Shown: one piece after another, positions 1 to 5,757 of the stretch | Numbering within the stretch: position 1 is the first letter of the stretch | How the letters are laid out: every line of letters begins with the position of its first letter | From: a virus | Taxonomy: Duplodnaviria > Caudoviricetes | Direction: 5' to 3' (one strand) | IMG/VR virus record: IMGVR_UViG_3300020577_005931 | Span: 190-64,189 of that record | Length of the DNA stretch: 64,000 nucleotides | The notes under the pieces: model-generated | The model's input: the letters and a program-made list of their open reading frames with translations, nothing else | The model's database searches: none | What the model was told of the DNA's origin: nothing | Translations under genes and position numbers: made by a program

Positions 1-486
1 CATGCAACCGGACACTTAAATGCTAAGAAAATGCCAATGAAAGCGCATGAGAACATTCTTGTTTTCTATCGCAGTTTGCCGACATACAACCCCCAGAAGA
101 CAACCGGACACATACGCAAAGCGGCTGTGAAGAGGCGTGATAGGACTGAGGTGTACGGAGAGCAGGTTTTTGATGAGCTGCCATACGATTCGACAGAGCG
201 ATACCCACGAAGCGTTCTGACATTTCCGAGTGATAAACAGAAGATTACTCTACACCCCACGCAAAAGCCCATCGCCCTGATGGAGTACCTGATCCGCACC
301 TACACCAATGAAGGTGATGTGGTGCTGGACAACTGCATGGGCAGCGGGACTACTGGTGTTGCCTGTGTAAATACTGGACGCGACTTCATTGGTATTGAGA
401 AAGAACAGCAATACTATGAGGCAGCAAGGAAACGCATTCTGGAGGCAGAGTGCGCTTTGATTGATGCAGCACAAGAACCGCTATAG
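1..486 (+). CDS. DNA adenine/N4-cytosine methyltransferase (beta class), 5' truncated by window edge
   Basis: HPTQKP and DNCMGSGTTG motifs; frame is open from base 1 (HATGHLNAKKMPMKAHE). Confidence 0.9.
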   Translation, partial: HATGHLNAKKMPMKAHENILVFYRSLPTYNPQKTTGHIRKAAVKRRDRTEVYGEQVFDELPYDSTERYPRSVLTFPSDKQKITLHPTQKPIALMEYLIRTYTNEGDVVLDNCMGSGTTGVACVNTGRDFIGIEKEQQYYEAARKRILEAECALIDAAQEPL

Positions 487-531
487 GGTGCGAGCACCTA
501 ACATCACTATTAACCTGAGAGATAAACAAAA

Positions 532-729
532 ATGACACCAGAACAATTTTGCTACTGGTTGTAAGGTAAGGCGGAGCTTGATTCTACACCGCCGGCACCG
601 GAGCAATGGGACTCGATCCGCGAGCATCTTGCGTTGGTATTCGTGAAGGTAACGCGGCCAGTATTTCCTACTGCACCCGGCCTCGTTAAGCCGGGTGTGC
701 TTGAGCCGCCGTTCACTATTATGTGCTGA
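532..729 (+). pseudogene. Small conserved-type phage protein (MTPEQFCYWL.G...EQW..IREHLALVFVKVT) interrupted by in-frame TAA
   Basis: ATG 532 with purine-rich upstream; TAA at 562-564 where Gln (CAA) is expected; frame continues to TGA 727-729. Confidence 0.7.
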
Positions 730-734
730 CTGGT

Positions 735-830
735 GCATAACGTGGAGCCAAGGGGAGAGCGAAATGAGCAAAGCGAATGAGGTAACAGGCTATGAGCGAA
801 GCGAATAGTCCAGCGAGCAAGGCGATCGGT
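735..830. repeat. Degenerate/chimeric attC-like element
   Basis: Starts GCATAAC-gtggagccaag; contains gaggtaacaggc and atgagcgaa blocks shared with the 1786 element; no GTTRRRY end. Confidence 0.55.
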
Positions 831-859
831 GTTCACCGATCCTTTCTGGAGGTATTGCA

Positions 860-1087
860 GTGAGAAGGGAACAGATAGTGGTCACCGATGAGTTGAGCCC
901 TCGCGAGAAGCAGGTGCTAGAAATGCTGAATGAAGGCAAGAGCCAGAAGGAGATTGCCTACTACCTGGGGCTTGATCAAAGCACGGTGTCAACGATCACC
1001 TACAGGATTCGGCAAAAGGCAAACAGGAAAGGGTTCAGGAGGATGGTTGTGTATATCAATAGTGAAGGCGAGATCTGGAGGGGCTGA
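860..1087 (+). CDS. LuxR/GerE-type HTH DNA-binding protein (no ligand domain)
   Basis: LSPREKQVLEMLNEGKSQKEIAYYLGLDQSTV; GGAGG RBS; GTG start. Confidence 0.85.
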   Translation: MRREQIVVTDELSPREKQVLEMLNEGKSQKEIAYYLGLDQSTVSTITYRIRQKANRKGFRRMVVYINSEGEIWRG

Positions 1088-1401
1088 TGGCATTTGCAGT
1101 TGTATGTGACGCCCGCAAGGGTGCAACGAGAGGGGTTCACCAACTGGTCTTGTGTGACCAGAAAATCTGTCCAGGTATTTACTGGACTTCCGACGACAAG
1201 CGACGGGTTCTTCGGTTCAGGAACCGGTCAGTAGCAGAGGAGACATGCAAGCGATTCAAGCACAACAAGTGCCGGGTGGTGCCCTACGAGGAGGCGCTGT
1301 CAATCCTGGCCCGGCAGTTCGATGCTATCCGTGGTTACAACGAACGGATGGGTGAAGTGGCTCACACAAGCGAGGTAGACGACGATGAGTTCAATCGGTA
1401 G
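1087..1401 (+). CDS. Hypothetical phage protein
   Basis: TGATG coupling to upstream gene; 104 aa. Confidence 0.7.
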   Translation: MAFAVVCDARKGATRGVHQLVLCDQKICPGIYWTSDDKRRVLRFRNRSVAEETCKRFKHNKCRVVPYEEALSILARQFDAIRGYNERMGEVAHTSEVDDDEFNR

Positions 1402-1470
1402 GAGACAAATGGAATTAAAGAGCAGACAGGGCTTTTGCGTGATGCGCTGCGCGAATATGCACAAGTTGAC

Positions 1471-1542
1471 GCATAACCAGTAGCTCACTGGCAGCCGAAG
1501 GCTGTCCAGCGCGTAGCGCGATTCTCCAGCGACTTGTTATGA
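1471..1542. repeat. attC-like recombination site
   Basis: GCATAAC ... GTTATGA ends, internal stems ggcagc/gctgtc and cgcg/cgcg; 72 bp. Confidence 0.75.
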
Positions 1543-1572
1543 ACCAGACGATTTAACTACAGAGGAAAAGGT

Positions 1573-1791
1573 ATGGAATGGCGAGAAATAGAAAACGATC
1601 ACCCTATAGATGGCGAGCCTGTATTGCTGTACGAGCCGCACGATATGCTCGCGCCGATTGAGCCTCCTTATGGTGGGTTCATGTTTGTAGGTGTTAAAAA
1701 TCTCGCAGGGGTTTGGTTGAATACCATGACGCTTGAGGAACAATTCCCAAGCCACTGGATGCCGCTACCGGCACCGCCGACTGGTGCATAA
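1573..1791 (+). CDS. DUF551-like phage protein (cassette ORF)
   Basis: WREIE..P.DG..VLL and PSHWMPLPAPP; stop TAA lies inside GCATAAC. Confidence 0.8.
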   Translation: MEWREIENDHPIDGEPVLLYEPHDMLAPIEPPYGGFMFVGVKNLAGVWLNTMTLEEQFPSHWMPLPAPPTGA

Positions 1792-1828
1792 CGATGGAGG
1801 TAACAGGCGAATGAGCGAATTGTTATCT
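1786..1828. repeat. Short (internally deleted) attC-like site
   Basis: GCATAAC ... GTTATCT, only 43 bp. Confidence 0.6.
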
Positions 1829-1852
1829 GACAAGCTGATTTAGGAGAATCAA

Positions 1853-2272
1853 ATGAAGGTTGTGATCAATAAATGTTTCGGCGGCTTCGGCCTGTCAGAG
1901 GCCGGAACCCGCGCCTACTGGGAGCGCAAGGGCAAGCAAGTTTTCGCCGTTGGAACCAGCTGGTTGTTAAAGTCCTACTTCGATGCTCCGCTACCGCCAG
2001 AGTTCGCATTGCCGGAAGGCGGGTTCTTTATGAAGAGCGATCATCCGGAGTACGAGAACTACAACAAGTGGTATTCGGCGCACTCGATGTACGACCGAGA
2101 TATTGAACGAAACGACCCCGATCTAGTAGCGGTGATTGAGTCGCTTGGCGAGGCGGCCAGCGGCGAATGTGCTGCGCTGGTCGTGGTCGAGATTCCTGAC
2201 GATGTCAATTGGGAGATAGCCGAGTACGTCGGCAATGAGCACGTCGCCGAGAAGCGCCGCACTTGGTCCTGA
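1853..2272 (+). CDS. Conserved-type phage hypothetical protein (cassette ORF)
   Basis: MKVVINKCFGGFGLS ... RNDPDLVAVIESLG ... VVEIPDDVNWEI; AGGAG RBS. Confidence 0.85.
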   Translation: MKVVINKCFGGFGLSEAGTRAYWERKGKQVFAVGTSWLLKSYFDAPLPPEFALPEGGFFMKSDHPEYENYNKWYSAHSMYDRDIERNDPDLVAVIESLGEAASGECAALVVVEIPDDVNWEIAEYVGNEHVAEKRRTWS

Positions 2273-2273
2273 C

Positions 2274-2348
2274 AGATAACCCTGCAATAAGCGGCAGGCG
2301 AAGCCTGTCCAGCGAATGAAATGAGCGGCCTTGATGGCCTTGTTATAA
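2274..2348. repeat. attC-like recombination site
   Basis: AGATAAC-cctgcaataag ... cttgatggcctt-GTTATAA; AAG/CTT L boxes with an extra base; 75 bp. Confidence 0.85.
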
Positions 2349-2372
2349 ACCAACGCAGCGAGGCAAGAATGC

Positions 2373-2639
2373 GTGAAAATCTACAAGTACCCACTGAAAG
2401 TAACCGACAAGCAAGTAGTGCTGATGCCGTTCGGCGCTGAGATACTTTGTGTTCAGATGCAGAACGGCGACCCTACCATCTGGGCAGCCGTCGATGAAAT
2501 GAACTCACTGGTTCCGAGAAACATAGCAATGGCTGGTACAGGCCATGAGCTTGGCGACATTTCCAAGTGGAAGTACATAGGCACTGTGCAAATGTACGAT
2601 GGCGCGCTGGTGTGGCACTGTTTCGATCTTGGTTTATAA
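2373..2639 (+). CDS. Conserved-type phage hypothetical protein (cassette ORF)
   Basis: MKIYKYPL ... GTGH ... YIGTVQ..G.LVWHCF; stop inside TTATAAC. Confidence 0.85.
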   Translation: MKIYKYPLKVTDKQVVLMPFGAEILCVQMQNGDPTIWAAVDEMNSLVPRNIAMAGTGHELGDISKWKYIGTVQMYDGALVWHCFDLGL

Positions 2640-2712
2640 CGCCTGAGCTAAGGTGCGCGCCGTCAGGCGCGTCAAACGAGCAGAGCGAGTGGCCTTGAGC
2701 GACGAGTTAGGT
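2634..2712. repeat. attC-like recombination site (best-preserved copy)
   Basis: TTATAAC-gcctga-gctaagg ... ccttgagc-gacga-GTTAGGT; 79 bp imperfect palindrome. Confidence 0.9.
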
Positions 2713-2735
2713 TTCAACCACTGGAGAATATACAA

Positions 2736-2972
2736 ATGAAGACAATGACTATTCCAGCCGACCCGCGCTGCGAAGGCAACAGCAGGGCGCTTGTAACAAA
2801 CGAAATGAAAGCTGAGCACATTGGCGAGTTTTCATGGAATGAGCAGGCTGACTACTACGACGAAAACGGCAAGCTGGTTGAGCACATTGCCACTCGCACA
2901 GTTCCTTGGGATCTGGTGAAAGAGATTTACAAGCGAATGGCGCACTCCGCGTCTTTGCAGGTTGGAACCTAA
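2736..2972 (+). CDS. Hypothetical phage protein (cassette ORF)
   Basis: GGAG RBS; stop TAA inside ACCTAAC. Confidence 0.75.
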   Translation: MKTMTIPADPRCEGNSRALVTNEMKAEHIGEFSWNEQADYYDENGKLVEHIATRTVPWDLVKEIYKRMAHSASLQVGT

Positions 2973-2985
2973 CATGGATTAGACA
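2967..2985. repeat. Half attC-like site (array boundary)
   Basis: ACCTAAC is the exact complement of GTTAGGT at 2706-2712; no partner arm downstream. Confidence 0.55.
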
Positions 2986-3015
2986 TCACCAGACGTAAAA
3001 CACGTAGGAGGAAGT

Positions 3016-3375
3016 ATGACAAAACACACACACCATGCCGAAGAAAATGGCATAGACAAGGCTATTGATGACGCACATATTAAAGTGGCTGAGTTGTACC
3101 TACAGCGCGATGAGTACAAGGCAAGATGTGATGAGCTGTCGGCTCTGACTGCGGGAATGGCGAAAATTATAGCCGTAATAGAACTTGATAAAGACGAGCC
3201 GTATCACCGCAGAGAATACGCCAAGGAATTGGCTGCTAGGGCTGAAGCCATAGCCAAGGCAAGGGGGGCGGCAGTTATGAACAGCCGTGAACAATTCGAG
3301 TCTTGGGCAGCAACAAAGCTACCCGCCAATACTGCCAGACCTACGGCGCACCTCGGCCGGGAGTTGGAGTTATGA
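3016..3375 (+). CDS. Hypothetical phage protein, possibly chimeric
   Basis: AGGAGG RBS; internal MNSREQFESWA looks like a second gene start. Confidence 0.65.
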   Translation: MTKHTHHAEENGIDKAIDDAHIKVAELYLQRDEYKARCDELSALTAGMAKIIAVIELDKDEPYHRREYAKELAARAEAIAKARGAAVMNSREQFESWAATKLPANTARPTAHLGRELEL

Positions 3376-3626
3376 GGCCACCCCCGCAGATATACCTGCA
3401 ATGGTACGGCGACGAAGACCCCAACTTCCTGGCCGAGTCGGAGAAGGAGAGCATTGACCCTAGCACTGGGGAAGTGTCCTGGTGGCTGGAGAAGATCCAC
3501 CCTCACGACATCGCCTACGTGCGGCGGGATTTATTCGAGGAGGTCACTGACGCATTTATCTTGCAGAACGACAGGCTGCGGGCAGAACTGGAGGAACTGC
3601 GCCGTCAACTGGAGCTTCTGAAGTGA
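3372..3626 (+). CDS. Hypothetical phage protein with C-terminal coiled coil
   Basis: ATGA overlap and GGAG RBS favour start 3372 over 3303. Confidence 0.7.
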   Translation: MRPPPQIYLQWYGDEDPNFLAESEKESIDPSTGEVSWWLEKIHPHDIAYVRRDLFEEVTDAFILQNDRLRAELEELRRQLELLK

Positions 3627-3645
3627 CCTACGACATTTGTCGTAC

Positions 3646-3674
3646 TTGCAATGTACTGTGAACAGTTGTACAAT
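3646..3674 (+). promoter_or_regulatory. Sigma70-like promoter of KTSC gene
   Basis: TTGCAA-17 bp-TACAAT. Confidence 0.75.
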
Positions 3675-3700
3675 GAACACCTATCAAAAAGGAGATTTTT

Positions 3701-3943
3701 ATGGCAAACCAACCAGCAATGATCAATGTCGAGTCCTCACAGATTGAGGCCGTGGGCCACGACGAAGCCTCCAGCGCTCTGCTGGTGCGCTTCAAGAACC
3801 ACAGCGTCTACCAGTACCAGAACGTCGGCAAGGAGCTGTTCCAGGCCCTCTTGGCGGCCGAGAGCGTGGGCAAGTTCTTCCACGCCGAGATCAAGAAGCA
3901 CCCCGACCGCTTCCCGTTCTCGAAGCTGCAGGAGGCCGCGTGA
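3701..3943 (+). CDS. KTSC domain protein
   Basis: SSQIEAVGHD...LLVRFKN.SVYQY.NV....FQALL.AES.GKFF...IK. Confidence 0.9.
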   Translation: MANQPAMINVESSQIEAVGHDEASSALLVRFKNHSVYQYQNVGKELFQALLAAESVGKFFHAEIKKHPDRFPFSKLQEAA

Positions 3944-4506
3944 GCCTGCTACCTGGCGAGTATTATCCCTGGGTGGATGCGGGGATGTTCCCTGAACGCC
4001 CCGGGATGCGCCACACGCTACCTGGGCACTGGATGTCCAGCCGGAGGCGGAACCTGATCGACCAGACCGACCTGGTGACGTTCCTCAGGAACCTCGCCTC
4101 GGACCCGATGCTGGCCGAGCAGTTCAACCCCCTGCCCCTGACCATTGAGGACTTTGAACACACCGAGACGGAGGCCGTGTTGCTGCCCAATGGCCAGTGG
4201 TTGGCCTTCCACACCATCTACCCTGAGCATTACCATGACCTGCTGCCGGAGGCTCCCAAGAACGAGGAAGCCGCCGTCCTGCAGGCCACCTGTAAGCCCC
4301 GGGACGCCACCCAGTGGTGGCTGGTGGCGGAGCCGGAGTTCGTCGAGGTGGTGAAGGCCGAGAGGTTCCCCCTGCTGGTTTCCCAGGACGGGCTGAGCCA
4401 CTGGGTACCCACCTTTGACGTGGAACCCAAGCACAACTTCTATCTGACCTCGGTAGGAGCCTGTTTTTCACACATTGAAGCGATAACCGGGAGTCACCAG
4501 ATATGA
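3940..4506 (+). CDS. Hypothetical protein
   Basis: GTGA overlap, AGGAGG RBS; 188 aa. Confidence 0.7.
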   Translation: MSLLPGEYYPWVDAGMFPERPGMRHTLPGHWMSSRRRNLIDQTDLVTFLRNLASDPMLAEQFNPLPLTIEDFEHTETEAVLLPNGQWLAFHTIYPEHYHDLLPEAPKNEEAAVLQATCKPRDATQWWLVAEPEFVEVVKAERFPLLVSQDGLSHWVPTFDVEPKHNFYLTSVGACFSHIEAITGSHQI

Positions 4507-4808
4507 GTAATGTTTTTCATTTGCACTCAGCCAAGAAGAAACGGGCCAGCCAGACCTTGATCGATGCGGTGGTCGATAGCCTGACCTCCAGCAGCCTGGC
4601 CTCCAAGATGTTTCATGTGGAACCTAAGGGGGTTACCCAGGTTTTCGACGAAGACGCAGGGCTGGAACGGATAGACGTTCCGGCGACTGGCCGGATATCG
4701 GGCCAGAAGATGAGGGTCAGCTTCTGGATAAAGGACGGGAAGATCCTGACTTCACAGACGATGTCATCCGATACCGCCCCTGACTTTTCAATGGTGAAGG
4801 GAGGGTGA
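4503..4808 (+). CDS. Hypothetical protein
   Basis: ATGA overlap; 101 aa. Confidence 0.7.
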   Translation: MSNVFHLHSAKKKRASQTLIDAVVDSLTSSSLASKMFHVEPKGVTQVFDEDAGLERIDVPATGRISGQKMRVSFWIKDGKILTSQTMSSDTAPDFSMVKGG

Positions 4809-4809
4809 C

Positions 4810-5148
4810 ATGAGAGCCGGCCCCCACCTGGAGGTTAACCAAGCGTTTGTAGACGAAATATCCAACATCTTGTGGGATATGAAGATCGGGGATAGGAGGA
4901 TTCTGGAGAAGGTTAACTACCCTAAGTCCCTGATGAGAACCAACTTCTTGAAGATGCTTGAGTACCGAGGGTGGGTGGACGGCAATAACTGCTTCGTCAG
5001 GAAATTGTCGGTTCACCCAGTGACCGGTGAGTGTTACGGCAGGGGGAAGGTGTGGCCCATCCTCATTGAGAAACGTGCAAGAGCCAGGAAATACACAAAG
5101 ACAAAGTTGACTGATGTTGTCAAGAGCCTTGAGGTGGAAGATGTCTGA
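4810..5148 (+). CDS. Hypothetical basic protein
   Basis: GGAGG RBS; tight packing. Confidence 0.7.
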   Translation: MRAGPHLEVNQAFVDEISNILWDMKIGDRRILEKVNYPKSLMRTNFLKMLEYRGWVDGNNCFVRKLSVHPVTGECYGRGKVWPILIEKRARARKYTKTKLTDVVKSLEVEDV

Positions 5149-5440
5149 TTACGATGAAATTTTTTCTGGGCTCACCAACAAAGATGTGCTGATTGATTTG
5201 TACGAAGGGATCATAACCCTGACTGAGGAAACTTCAGGACACAAGATATTGGGTGATAACAGAAAAGCACTACTAGATATATTGCTGGAAGGTGTCGACC
5301 TTAAATCGATTGATGAAAAAATAACCTACTTCACAGAGCATGGAGTCAGCTCGAAAATTATTGTTGAAAAAATAATTGAACACGGAGGTGCAAATGTCGC
5401 CCGTGCGTTTAGCAACAAAGTTTCCACTCAGAAGGATTGA
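5141..5440 (+). CDS. Hypothetical protein
   Basis: GAGG RBS favours ATG 5141 (MSDYDEIF). Confidence 0.7.
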   Translation: MSDYDEIFSGLTNKDVLIDLYEGIITLTEETSGHKILGDNRKALLDILLEGVDLKSIDEKITYFTEHGVSSKIIVEKIIEHGGANVARAFSNKVSTQKD

Positions 5441-5490
5441 CGCCCTTGTTGCGTTTGAAATACCCTGTACAACCCAAAAAGGAGAGCAGT

Positions 5491-5718
5491 ATGAATATCC
5501 CAGATCCTGTAGAAGCCAACTACGAAAAGTTGAAAGAAATAATTTCCGAGAGAAATCTTACCCACGCCAATCTGTCTGAGCTAACCGGTTACTCTATGCC
5601 GTCGATACAGGCAATGACAATGCCTAACCGTGACAGCGCAAGAGCCAGGATGGTAAGTGACAGATTTCTGACCTTGCTACAGTACGCCCTTAAAGAAAGA
5701 GACCAGAAAACAGCCTGA
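5491..5718 (+). CDS. Cro/CI-type (XRE) HTH protein
   Basis: LKEIISERNLTHANLSELTGYSMPSI; AAGGAG RBS before ATG 5491. Confidence 0.65.
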   Translation: MNIPDPVEANYEKLKEIISERNLTHANLSELTGYSMPSIQAMTMPNRDSARARMVSDRFLTLLQYALKERDQKTA

Positions 5719-5757
5719 TTTCAAATGGTGTGTTTCATCTCTTAGAAGGGCTTGGCT

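Noticed and set aside
562-564. Stop-codon reassignment (TAA read-through)
   Set aside because: Single case; many well-defined genes end in TAA and long ORFs are intact under code 11
735-2990. CRISPR array
   Set aside because: Repeats are divergent 43-79 bp palindromes separated by whole genes, not constant repeats with short spacers; no cas genes
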